Assembly: GCF_902459465.1 (NCBI RefSeq)
Contig: NC_047079.1
Coordinates: 7,688,001 to 7,752,000, forward strand
DNA from: Asterias rubens
Lineage: Eukaryota
Reading direction: 5' to 3'
DNA: 64,000 nucleotides
How positions within the stretch are numbered: position 1 is the first letter of the stretch; each line of letters opens with the position of its first letter. Under the pieces are notes generated by a model. That model did no database searches. It was not told where the DNA came from and saw nothing but the letters and a program-made list of their open reading frames with translations. Positions 25,886 to 37,694 of the stretch are shown piece by piece. The translations under genes and the position numbers were made by a program.

Positions 25886-28800
25886 TTGTTTGTTTTGTTT
25901 GTTTGTTTATTTCCAAATATCACTATAAATAATTATGAAACATACAAGAAATAAGAACAACGAGTGATAAGAGGAGGGCACCAGGAAAAAGCCTAGGCTT
26001 GTACAGAGCCTGGACCCTTTATAATATAAATTAATAGGTTATAGTTTATAGCAATAACAATATTGATTATTGAAATTAAGGTACGGTGAAAGGTATAGTG
26101 CATACAGCAAAAAAAAACACAAAGCAATGATTGTTTGTAATTAAACTGTTTTGAAAAAAATTTGTTTGCTATGCAGCCATAAATACATATTGAGATTGAT
26201 AACAAAAAGGAAAATTAACAGAACATTATTTAGGAAATTACAAAAACTTGATAATTTGGAATGGATAATCATGGTACGCGTGTAGTTACAGGTGGTGTCA
26301 TTTTAGACGATACTGGTTATAAGTAGGTTTTTCATGTATTTTTTTAAGCTGTGCACAGTTCTAAATGAAGGTATTGGGGTGAGCTGATTCCAGAGTAGGG
26401 GGCCTTGATGTCTGACTGTTTTCATAAATAAAGTGGTCCGAGCCTTTCCAATATGAATTTTAGTAGCTGATCTAGTGTTATGTGGATGGATGTCAATATT
26501 TCGTGTAAAGAGGAGTCTTATGTTACCTGGTAACAAGTTAAATTCAAACTTAAACATAAGGACCCCAAGATGATATTTATACAGTTTAAAAATATCGAGT
26601 GTTTTAAATTGCTTGAAAAGGGGTGCAGTGTGCTCTCTAAAGCTAGAATTGGCTATAACTCTCAAGGATTTCTTCTGTACGATTAATAGCTTGTTCAGGT
26701 AAGAAGCATGAGTATTTCCCCAGGCTAGAATCCCGTATTGAAAGTGGGGCAACGCCAGCGTATTATAAATAGAGAAAAGCACATTTCTAGGCAGAATATT
26801 TTTAAGTTTACGTAGAACACCCATAACTTGGGAAACTGATGTGTGAATCTTTTGGCAGTGAGACTTCCATGTAAGGTTGCTGTCAATTATAACACCTAGA
26901 AATCTAAAAGAATTAACTTGGCTTATTTTAGAGTTGTTTATATAAATATTGATGATGTCATCTTTACATATATTTGAAAATAACATAAAGCAAGTTTTCT
27001 TTTCATTAATTGATAGTTTGTTACATTTAAACCACAATGAAACCTTATGCAGTTCTGAGTTCATTACTGAAACTGCCTCCTTTAAGTTACTATGACTAAA
27101 GAAAACATTGGTGTCATCGGCAAAAAGAATAAAGGATAACAATTTCGAAGAATTACAGATATCGTTTATATATAAGAGAAAGAGTATTGGACCTAGAATT
27201 GAACCTTGAGGTACGCCACATTTAATAGTTTTAGATGTAGAGTCATAATCTTTCCAATGAACGAATTGTTTCCTATCAGAGAGATAGCTTTTGAACCAGT
27301 CCAAGGCCTTTCCCCTAATTCCATACCTCTCAAGCTTTGAAAGTAAGATAACATGATCAATAGTGTCGAATGCCTTTGAAAGGTCCAAGAACAACCCTAT
27401 AGTGTGGTTACATTTATCAATAGACGAACTGATTTTGTCAACAAGGTCTATTAGTGCCGTTTGGGTTGAGAAGTTAGCACGGAAACCATACTGGGAGTTA
27501 TGCAGAATATTATACTTAGTTATAAAGGTATTAAGACGATTAGCAACCAAGCGCTCAAGCAATTTGGAGAGACATGGTAATATAGAAATAGGTCGGTAGT
27601 TGCATATTAATTTAGGGTCACCATTTTTATACAAAGGAATAACCTTAGCCTTCTTAAAATCATGTGGCACAATTCCTGACTCCAGCGATAGGTTCAATAT
27701 TTTCAGCAACGGCCCAGCAATAATGGTGCCAGTCTTTTTAATAAGATAGCTGTCTAATTTATCATGGCCAGGACTTTTGTTAGACGATAAACCATCAATA
27801 CACTTCAGAAGTTCACTTTTAGTTATAGGGGTAATAAAAAGAGAATTAGGATAATCGCCTTCGATAAAATCAGTGGGGTTTAGTCTTGAATCCGGAATCT
27901 TTGATGCCAGGTTAGGACCAATATTAGTAAAGAAATCGTTAAAATGCTCAGCAATGTGTCTTGGGTCGTCTACGGTCGTACCATTGACAAGGAATGAATC
28001 AGAACCGGGCGGCTTCTTACTTCTTTTGCTCAAGACATTATTGATCATTTTCCATGTTTGTTTAATATTACCTTTTTCCTTATCAAAGGAAGCAGTGAAA
28101 TAAATCCTTTTCGCTTCTCTAATTACAGTTGTTAACTTGTTTCTGTATTTATCATACTTTCTTTTGTTAGATTCATTTGGGTTTCGGAGATAGCATTTAT
28201 ACAACTTGTGTTTTCTTCTGATTGATTTCAACAGACCCTTGGTCATCCAGGGATTGCACACGGATTTCTTACATTTGAATCGTTTATATGGAACATATCT
28301 ATCAAACACTTCATTTAATTTTGTAACAAACCGGGAGTAACATTCATTTACATCTTCAGTATTAACAATTTCATCCCATTGGATTGTGTCCATTTCACGT
28401 TTCATGAAGGAGACATTTCGATCTCTGGTATCCCGTTTCCAATAAAACATATTTGAGTTTTTAACTTTAACAAAACTGGGACCAAACAATACAATTGGCA
28501 AATGATCACTAAGACCTGAAGTAATAATTTCTGCCTGATGAGAGTCTACGCTGTTGGTGAAAATGTTGTCAATAAGAGTAGCTGAATTGCACGTTATTCT
28601 TGTTGGTTTGTCTACAGTGGGGCGAAAGGAGTGTGAATATAAGATATCCAAAAACTCGCGAGTTGGGTTATGGGAATCATTTTTAAGTAAGTTTATATTG
28701 AGATCCCCTAAAATGTAGCAGATTTTGTTTTCAGTCGTTAGTTTGTTAAGAATTTCATCCATTTCTTCGGAAAAGTTAGAAACAGCAAGACCGGGAGGTC

Positions 28801-29792
28801 TGTAAATTAAACCTATGATAATAGTTTTCTTTGTATTTGTACCGATTTCTAAAAAAATTGATTCAAAACATCCTGAAGCACTAACAATATCGGGCCGAAT
28901 GGTGTATTGCAATGAGTCTTTTACATATAACATGACACCACCGCCATTTTGCATAGGTCTATTTTTGTGCTCACATTTATATCCAGGAATGGATAACATA
29001 GAATGCGGGGTGCTTTTGAGCCATGTTTCAGTAAGACCGATAATGTGGAACTTATGTTGTATTTCATTTAGAGTAAAGGTGAGATCTTCAAAATTTTTGT
29101 TTACACTTCTGATATTGGCGTGGAAGATTGAAAAGGAGTCAATTTCTAATTCCTTTGTTTTATCTCTGAGTTGTCTTTCTGACAGGTATTGAGCACCACA
29201 GGTGTTAAATAAAAGCTGACTAGGATCCGCTGAATTCAGAATTGTCGGGTTAAAACCACAATCATTGAAACGAAGAGTAGTGTCATTCAATGGCTCAGAG
29301 CTACTGTCGTCACTACTTGCGCTTTCGTTATCACTCATTGTGTGAAATGAATTCAAATTGGTGACGACGCGTCGGACAAGCAGACTGATTAAGTACAATG
29401 GGGTGATTACATGTATCAAGCTAAGAATAAGAAGATGCACTGTGTACAGACTGATGAATGCAAAGGGAACAAAATGGCACCACAATATAAAGCAACATGG
29501 GGTAACTTGATTTACAAGAAAATAACACAAGTACATTCCAATAAGATTGATTTGTGAAAATAATATACAATTAAATTTAAAGAAATCTTGTGATAACACT
29601 CAGAAGAAAACTACTCAGCTGACGTGGGTTGTACTACAAGCTAGGAGATGGGGGTTGCTTCCCCAAGCCGAAAGGTCTTGAACGGACCGCTTTTTCAGTT
29701 TGTAGGAGATTACTGCGGGGACGGACATAGGGATGTAGGCGAACTGTACCCTTGAGTCATTACGAATGGATTGGAGATGATCCTCTCTGAGG
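25886..29792 (-). mobile_element. CR1-group LINE (L2/Crack-like), copy 2 with intact ORF2
   Basis: 3907 bp; same junctions as copy 1. Confidence 0.93.
26303..29338 (-). CDS. LINE ORF2: apurinic-like endonuclease + reverse transcriptase (1011 aa from MSDNES)
   Basis: HANIRS, GLTETWL, GDLN, SDHLP (APE); NYRPISIL, QYGFR, LDLSKAFD, GVPQGSILGP, FADDT (RT); C-terminal HNTRS typical of the CR1 group. Confidence 0.93.
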   Translation of the reverse strand: MSDNESASSDDSSSEPLNDTTLRFNDCGFNPTILNSADPSQLLFNTCGAQYLSERQLRDKTKELEIDSFSIFHANIRSVNKNFEDLTFTLNEIQHKFHIIGLTETWLKSTPHSMLSIPGYKCEHKNRPMQNGGGVMLYVKDSLQYTIRPDIVSASGCFESIFLEIGTNTKKTIIIGLIYRPPGLAVSNFSEEMDEILNKLTTENKICYILGDLNINLLKNDSHNPTREFLDILYSHSFRPTVDKPTRITCNSATLIDNIFTNSVDSHQAEIITSGLSDHLPIVLFGPSFVKVKNSNMFYWKRDTRDRNVSFMKREMDTIQWDEIVNTEDVNECYSRFVTKLNEVFDRYVPYKRFKCKKSVCNPWMTKGLLKSIRRKHKLYKCYLRNPNESNKRKYDKYRNKLTTVIREAKRIYFTASFDKEKGNIKQTWKMINNVLSKRSKKPPGSDSFLVNGTTVDDPRHIAEHFNDFFTNIGPNLASKIPDSRLNPTDFIEGDYPNSLFITPITKSELLKCIDGLSSNKSPGHDKLDSYLIKKTGTIIAGPLLKILNLSLESGIVPHDFKKAKVIPLYKNGDPKLICNYRPISILPCLSKLLERLVANRLNTFITKYNILHNSQYGFRANFSTQTALIDLVDKISSSIDKCNHTIGLFLDLSKAFDTIDHVILLSKLERYGIRGKALDWFKSYLSDRKQFVHWKDYDSTSKTIKCGVPQGSILGPILFLLYINDICNSSKLLSFILFADDTNVFFSHSNLKEAVSVMNSELHKVSLWFKCNKLSINEKKTCFMLFSNICKDDIINIYINNSKISQVNSFRFLGVIIDSNLTWKSHCQKIHTSVSQVMGVLRKLKNILPRNVLFSIYNTLALPHFQYGILAWGNTHASYLNKLLIVQKKSLRVIANSSFREHTAPLFKQFKTLDIFKLYKYHLGVLMFKFEFNLLPGNIRLLFTRNIDIHPHNTRSATKIHIGKARTTLFMKTVRHQGPLLWNQLTPIPSFRTVHSLKKYMKNLLITSIV

Positions 29793-29903
29793 AATAACAC
29801 TGACAAAAATGTCACTGACAAAAATGTCAAACGTACAAAATGCGAATTCGCGATTTTTGAAAATCATTATTTAGTCACCATGACGTTAACATCGATCCCA
29901 CAC

Positions 29904-30458
29904 TTAGTCGTCCCCGCCCGTATTTGAGATATCAAACGGTTGCACTTTATTTCCGCTACCCTTTCCCATAACAAAAGACCTACGGTCCTGAGGGCTAGAG
30001 GATGTACCCATTCGACTCGGTTCACCTAGTGACCTATCCCTACCCCCTTCATCTGTCTTATTGGTTAGAATAACATAAAGCTTAGGGAGGTAAACAACCA
30101 ACAAAGTAACGTATCCATTAAAAATAGGCATCAAACAGACTGCGACAGCGATCTGTATGACTAGTGCCGCGTTTAGGAACAGAGGCACGGCAGCCGCAAT
30201 CGGTAACATGTTGGTATAAATGCTGATCACGTAAAACCGCGCCTCGTTAAAGTTACCGGGGACGTTACGAGCTTTGTAAGCGAAGAAGCAACATGCAAGG
30301 AGCAGTAAGAAGTTGTAAGACATCGATGCTACTATCCCTGCAGCTCCGAATTCACAGAAGACGTTCCTGTTCTTGAAACCATGCGTCTTGACGTAGAGGT
30401 CTTGTTCAGAGGTCCAGGTTTCTTGTTTCACTAGTGCACTGATCATGATTATGATGAA
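29904..30458 (-). CDS. Class C GPCR A, native terminal coding exon
   Basis: Continuous with the 634-bp intron 30459-31092; phase-0 join VVIQ|FIII; KARNVPGNFNEARF is the class C ICL3 signature. Confidence 0.9.
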   Translation of the reverse strand, partial: FIIIMISALVKQETWTSEQDLYVKTHGFKNRNVFCEFGAAGIVASMSYNFLLLLACCFFAYKARNVPGNFNEARFYVISIYTNMLPIAAAVPLFLNAALVIQIAVAVCLMPIFNGYVTLLVVYLPKLYVILTNKTDEGGRDRSLGEPSRMGTSSSPQDRRSFVMGKGSGNKVQPFDISNTGGDD

Positions 30459-30529
30459 CTGCAAGGAACAAAACAACAACAAAACCATTTTAAAATCATC
30501 CGGGTTAATTATTGACCCGTATTTTCCAT

Positions 30530-30726
30530 AGGTCATGACCCATTCACCGCTCAGGTAGTAGTTAATAGATGGATTGTACATGACGTCATCGACCGCCATC
30601 TTTGATGTAAAACAATATTACAAAGTGCGCGCGTGTACGCGCTGCGCTGCGCACAACTCTCAGCCAATGGTGGCCTTTAACGCTTGTATTTCACCAAAGA
30701 TGGCGACCAATGCAAGGGGGTCTATA
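30530..30726. mobile_element. Palindromic MITE-like element in the GPCR A intron
   Basis: cgccatctttg/caaagatggcg inverted pair, ggggtctat end; the cacaactctcagcc(c)aatggt core recurs near 62325. Confidence 0.4.
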
Positions 30727-31092
30727 AGAAGGACATTTTTTTAAGAGCTGAAGAAGTCTCCTGGAATTCCGACATTTACTGCGTCGACACTAAACCGTTC
30801 CCGAATTTACGGTGATATCTAAAAAACGCTACCACATTTTTAAATAATTTTTTCACAGGGTTAGTTTTATTGTATATTATTATCTATATAGCTTTTAAAC
30901 CTATATGTAGGTTTTAAATAATAGAACGGTTCCAAAACCCTAGGTAGGCCTATGCTTTCACAATAAAGATTTGGGCATAGTGGGAAAATGTTTAACACTT
31001 AATTATCGCACACAGATTTCAACATCCTCTACTTTTCAACATCGCGGATTTATTATTGTTAGTCTTTCCCAAAATGATTTTTTAACACTAAC

Positions 31093-33087
31093 CTGTATGA
31101 CGACCAAAATGGCGACAATCATAAGCTGAGCAGTAGATCCGGTAAATCTTGGCTGCTTAGCTGACTTTTTGCTGCTATCAAAGATTCTATAGATGCGGTT
31201 AACCTTCAGAAAGAAGGGGGCGTACATGACGGTGAAAGACACGACGTAGAGTGTCTTGGCCAGGCCGCAGATACCCGGACTCGGTGTCGAGAGGAGCGGG
31301 AACACGGCAACAAACGCAAGGGTGATTCCGACGATATTGACGGCACTGAGTTCGCGACTCGTTGCCTTGATCAGGGTATGATGACGGTGTCTTATCATAC
31401 CGTATGATGTTAATCCACAGAGGAGTAATCCAATTGATGACACGCTGGCCAGAATGACTACCAGTGGATCTTGCCAGCTTAGGACAATCTTGTTGAGCTC
31501 AGCACAAGTGTAATTATTAATGGGCCATTTGTTCTCTGTGCATTTCTCACATTTACAGCATCCGTGACGGCCCTCATCTTGCACATTGACAGGAACAACG
31601 ACCTTCCCAATGCCACATCTTTTCCAACATCTTGAGATGGGGACCTCACTGCTGTTCCGAGACCATCGTATCAAGGAATTGTTTATTTCTAATCGCGGTG
31701 TGTCGTCTGATCGCCAGGAACCAATGTCAATCATCTTAACCATACCATCAACCCACTGTTTGTTCCCAATGTCAAAGTGCCCTGGAACAGATCCGTTCTG
31801 GAATCGGAAATCACCCTTGGTTCCGAGAAAAGACACACCATTGACATTGTTCCGAATGTTGTTGTCAACCTTAGGCTCATTCATGAGACAGTCCGGGAGA
31901 CCGTCTTCACAATCCTGGTTGATTGTTTTATTCAGTGCGTATGCCATAGCGAACACCGCGTCTAAAACCGGAGCAAGAGTCGGAACTCTTGCGCTGAACC
32001 CCCTCTCACTCGATGTTTTGCAGACGTCTGCATTTTTACAAAACTCATCGAACCAGGGATTAGAAGTTTTGTTGACACCCGAGACCAGAGAGCGAAAGTG
32101 TTCTTCGAATTCTACCAGCTCCGGGTTGTGGTAACGTATGAATAACCCACCAATGGTGTTTGGGTTTTTTACTGTAAAGTCCTCTTCTTCCAATAGACTG
32201 CTCACGATCCATGTGACATCTGCAAAGGATGCCGTGGAGGCAGCTTCCAATACGGCATTAGCAGAGGATGGGGATGAACTCACAAGCAGTACGGTCACTA
32301 CGTGTTGGTCTTTTAACTCGTTCACTACACGTTTCAGTTCTTCATCGTCCTCATCCTCAACATGACCAAGTTCGAGAATACACAACCCTGCGTCGGTTGC
32401 AAGCTCGATAACTTGCTTCCCGAAAGCACAAGCTTCATCGTCACCTGCAGCTAGCAATAAGAAAAACGTCCACTCAAAATGAACAAGTAAATCAACCATG
32501 GCCCGTGCTTTCTGTCTATCAGACGGTATGGTGGTGAAGAAATAACCATCTTCGTTGTCTTCAAAAAGTTCGTAGCTTGTCGCACCATACGATATAACAG
32601 GTCTCTTAAAGAGCGTTGCTGTACTCAGCACCAATTCAGTTGAAGAATGTGTTCCTGCTCCTACAAAGCCCATGGCAACTACCCGATCTGCTTGTCCTGG
32701 TGGCCGTCCGGGGAGTTTGCAAGTCTCTTTTTCTCTTCTTGTTTGGAGAACTGGTTGTGCCCCTATGACTAGTGCCATGGACTCCCATAGAGCGTAGTTC
32801 ATATAGGAGCAGTCATCGTAGATTCGGAACCCCAGAGTGATGTTAGGCAGAACTGTGGGATTTTGATTGATAGCATTCACGGCAAAGACCATGGCTTCGG
32901 TCAACTGAAGGGCCGAGACGGGGAGTGGAACCTCGCACTTCTCCACCGAACCTCCGTCACCATGAAGGGAAAATATTCCCCCGATGTAAACGTTGCCCCA
33001 GGCATTATACATCTTACAGACCTCGCTTGGTAAATGCACACCACACGCAAACTTGACAAGAAACAACATTAGGCAGATGGGCCTCAT
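31093..33087 (-). CDS. Class C GPCR A (mGluR/CaSR-like), large first coding exon: signal peptide, Venus flytrap, shortened Cys-rich domain, TM1-TM4; about 849 aa in total
   Basis: accaccATG Kozak context; GGIFSLH, LTEAM..INQNP.VLPNITLG, YDDC, SYGAT, NPWFDEF, IKATSREL, KVNRIYRIF motifs; donor CAG|gttagt at 31092. Confidence 0.92.
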
Positions 33088-36000
33088 GGTGGTTGACACT
33101 TGAGCCAGGACTCCCAAATCTCTGAAATTTGTTGTATTTGGTATGACCAGAGATGTATTTTGACGACACTCTTTATCAAAGAGCTATAACATTGCTGCCG
33201 AATGAAACAACGCACAAAGGCTCATGAGTTTTCCTATCGATGCCTAGTGACGAGTTAACCCATTTCTGCCGTCGAATGAATTAAACTCCGCCCCTTTGCA
33301 CGCATACTATATTTTTCGCGGTTGAAATAATTTAGTTAAAGTTGTTTGGTCTGCCGTTAGTAACACGTAACCAAGGTTACTAAAATTATTATAAATATTA
33401 AGTCATGTTTGATGTTCTTGTATAATGCTACCAGTGGTAAATTTAGAATGCTTGAGACTTTGTCTTTTTCGTAATTAATTTTTTTTAAAGATCACGACCA
33501 CGTCTAGAACAAAATTCTTAGGCTGATAAGTTCTTAGGCTGACAAAAATGTCAAAACATCATTTTTAAGTAGTGCCAAAAACGAGCTATTAATTTTCTTG
33601 ATAACTTCAAAAGGTGAAAAAGGATCACATTGTGTCAATAATGAAGTCTGCTCATAGATTCAGGCTACAGGTGAATCCAATACATTAAAATAAATAAAAC
33701 AAGAGACATCCGGCTCAAAAACCTGGGTACTAACTGAAACCAAACTTAAAATCATATAGATCGCCATTCTGTTGCTCTCCATTCAAACTAGACTGGAATC
33801 ACTTTGCTTTATTAGTAATCAGAATTCAGGTGTTTCACAGTACACATGAAACACGACGTACATAACAGTCCCTTCACCATTGGTGTGCCATTTATGTGCA
33901 ATTGTTGTTGTCAGTTATTGAATTTATTTGACAAACTGTAGATATACCTGAAGACAAAATGATTAAATACATTTAAGATTATAATACTTTTTTTTTTAAA
34001 TATTATTAAAACATGACTGCACCATGAAAAACGCGACTCAAGTAGTGGGGTATAAAACAGGAATATAAAGACTTAAACCATTCGAACATCATAATTTGAA
34101 ACAGATTCAGTTGACATCGCTATATGAATGTCTCCCTTTTTATTGCGTTGGCCGCATTCACTGCATGGTCTCCTTATATTGATGCTGATTTTGTTATAAC
34201 AAAACCGAAGGCGAAATAATGGCAGCGTTACACTCCAGTGAATACAGAAGTGGGTCTCTCACTAAGTAATAGAATTAAGTGGACAGAAGATTTTATTTTG
34301 AGTGAGGCATTATTGCTGTTTGGTTTATTTCTATATTCTCTTTCAAGAATATAATTATTCATACAGAGTTCCCTTCAACCATTGGAAAGTGATTGTTTTA
34401 AGAAGATGGGGATTTTTTTATAATTATATTTAGCTCTGTCTGAGCTCAGTTATTTTAAAAGAAGATTTTCCAGTTTGTTTATTGCCTGCTGTTTCGCAAG
34501 AATCCATCTCCGTTTTCTTCTTTTGTTCTTTATACGCGTTTTATTTGGTTGTGCACTGTGTTGAAATGTCACTTCTTCATTTTCTGCTTATTTTTTATTA
34601 CAAACTTATGATATCTTTGTTCAAGTATAAATTATAATGGTTCTTCTTGCTTAAACGTTATTGCCTTTGTAATATATTGCGAAGCGCCTTTTTGGCGTAC
34701 TTCGGGGCTGTATTTTGCGCCAAATAAATAGTAATTAATTTTAAGATTATTTGTCATGACATCTTACAGTTGTTTAGCTAAGCCTGTATTAGTTGCCACC
34801 ATTAAGTGAATAAATGCTGACAAGTCATAACATCATGTAATCCTGTGACGTGGGAGCGGGGGTGGGCATTGCATTCTCACAACACGCACTGTCATTAGGA
34901 TGTAGCTTTATTCCCTCCCTCTCAACACAGCTCAAAATAATACGCCTCGATTTCAGATGTTATGATAAACAGTAATAAGCTAAAACAAAAACACCATTGC
35001 ATAATGCACTCCCCTTAGCGACGGGCTTATGACGTAGCATAACACTTTGTAACTTGGTAACGGAAACCATTTATAGATAGGTAATCAAACATGGTTTTTA
35101 GACAGCGCAATTCTCGAGGAAAAAAAAGTCAAGTCATCTATTCAGTCAACATACATAATTATACAATTGATTCAATTTGACGTCAAGTATTGGGCGAAGA
35201 AAATTCAAGTAATATTAATAACCCCAATTTATGAGTGACAGGTAGGCCTTTAACCAAAATGAAATGCCAGTCTATGTACAAAGAGGCCAGCATGGGTCAT
35301 TGAATGGAAATGTTGATGTTTTATTAATTCAATTAGTTCATCAAACTCTGTCATGGGTGATGTTTTAAAAGGAATACAAATTTAATCAAATCAAAAATCA
35401 ACTGTCAAATTTAAAAGCTATTTGCGTCCGTTTTGGGAATTATGGAATGTTTATGTAACAGTCAAAAAACAGTTTGCTTGGGGTGTGTGTGGAGTGGGAG
35501 GGGGGGGGGCGTGAAGCGAAAGATACAAGTGAGAAACGTGCATTTGGGGTATGGAGACCAGGGTGGGTTGATGTTTGTTTACTAATTAGTAATTTTTACT
35601 ACACTACTAGTACTACACCTTAACTTGATTCAACGAAAGTAGCCATACAAAATAGCATAGCATTACATGATGTGTCAAGGTGGTCCATGTCGTACCTTAT
35701 CTTAACTTAAAAAGAGTATTAGCACCCTGCAAAAACCGGGGTGTTATAATTGGCACCACTCTTGGGTTGTCACATTAATAGACACCGAAATTAAAATTCA
35801 CGCCATAAGTCGACTTCAACGCTTTTTTAATTCAAACATTTAACACCCCACTGCCTACTTGGCAATTTAAACACATTGACAATGTCACTATGGTTCCTTC
35901 AGCAAGCATGCTGCACTGTTAAATAAATCCACAGTGATGTTGAACAAAGGGTTATTAAAAATACTTTCTCCAGTAGAGGGCGCTGTGCATTTTTCCGATT

Positions 36001-37694
36001 ATTAAAAGATAGCTCTTCTGAGGGTTTTTTTGCCAGACTATCCACAGCAATTAAAAGCTGTAGCCTACCGTCTTGATTAAGTAATGAAACTAGTAAAGCT
36101 GTCATAATCATCAAATAAAACTAAAATCAGTGAACTTATTAAGACAGTTGCCCCACCAATAGAGAACAATGGAGGTAGTATAAATAAGTAGATATAATAC
36201 CTTCCTAACAAGACACGGGTAGATTGACTACACTGACTTGTCCATTCAGTCAACATAAGTGCCCCCCCCCCCAGTAAAGTGCTAGAGACCACATTACATT
36301 CCATTTTCATGCGTACATTTACTCATCAAATCAAGATGGCATCCGGCACTTACTTACATGCCCTACTGCGCATGGTGTACCCCCCCCCCCCTTACCACCT
36401 CTTTATTTCATTCTCCCACAATTCTTAAAACTTATTGTTGGTTTTTTTGCTGGATTTACAGTGAAGGAAATGGCTATGAACCCCTTAAACTTAAACAGTT
36501 TTGCATGTGGGGACCTAACATTAACACCCTTCGTATTTGCATTGGTTAATGTGACACCAACTTCCATGTGTGATGTCACAGTGTAGCGCCCTCGTTGTCA
36601 CACATCATGGGGCATCTGAAGCAGTATATCAAATCGTCATCATGCCCTCCAAACAGTTGCCCACATCACCAGTGACTGCATTTTTCCCAGTTGCCCTAGC
36701 ATGTCGTCCTTAAAGGAGCAGACACTCCGGCGACACAATGGCTATTGACACAAATTGTTTCATAATATTGTAGTTTAATTTGAGACACACGTATATAGAA
36801 AAATCAAATAAGTAACTCACCCTAATGACAAGTGCGAAATGTGTACATCAACTGACTAAAAATGAGTACTCGAATTGAAACACAAAGTGATTGACGTTCT
36901 ACGGGCACACGATTACAATATCCATGTATAAATAAATAAAGGATGCATCTATATTTTATATCTTTTTACCAGCGTGCATGAAAAGTGATTGATATAATGT
37001 CACGCGACTTTCCGATGCGTGTTTTAAAGACAGCTTTATGTCAGCCAAAATGCACTCGTGTCTGTTTTAAGAAAACACATTTGAGTGGTGTACCTGTAGT
37101 TCACGGACGGCGAATGTATTTTCACCACTTGACTTTTCAGCACGATTTTGTATTGTTATTATTTTAATTTTATTTTTTACTCAAGTGAGACTTATTGACT
37201 TCATGTGAATCCCTTCTCTTTTCTTGGTTACATCAAACGTGTTTCCTGCGGCTTCAATGTTTAATTTAATCGTATTGGGCATATCTTGGCCAGTCTTGTA
37301 TCTAGTCAAAAATATAAAGGCTGTTTTTATGGTTTGTATCAAACATAAAATAAAATGAAACAACTGACAATAAAATATTATCAAGAGGCCGACAGGGCTA
37401 CACTACATTTTAGAACCGCGCCCAAATATAGCGGTTTGCGCGGCACACGATATCTAATAATAGAGAGTGTTCGAGTTATGTGTGATTACGTTTTGGCGAT
37501 ACCACATGGTATTTTTTAAATTGAGTTCGAAACTACATTACAGGAATAGCATAACCCGTGGTGTGTGCTTAATGCTTATGCTCCGTTAGCGAACAATATC
37601 TGCTTACATTATTTGTGACATAAGCTCGTGATCTTTAGACTAACAAATTGCAAACTATTATATAAGGGATGACGTTGATGAACTGTCAAGTTCT

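Larger units (their letters stand above)
11931..30482. repeat. Six-unit tandem array of a 1785-bp segment carrying a class C GPCR last exon; units 4 and 6 contain a LINE
   Basis: Units start at 11931, 13716, 15501, 17286, 22995 and 24779. All five internal junctions are identical. The ORF track gives an identical peptide in all six units. Confidence 0.95.

Noticed and set aside
29339-29599. Hydrophobic 87-aa N-terminal extension of LINE ORF2 (possible membrane anchor)
   Set aside because: It starts at a TTG in T-rich sequence upstream of the first ATG; T-rich DNA yields hydrophobic codons by chance.
18391-29792. Two independent, site-specific LINE insertions
   Set aside because: Identical ends and the shared 15-bp flank scar are more simply explained by one insertion plus segmental duplication.
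30459-30599. N-terminal part of the 231-aa ORF (MAVDDVMY..)
   Set aside because: Intronic and MITE-derived sequence upstream of the splice acceptor at 30458.
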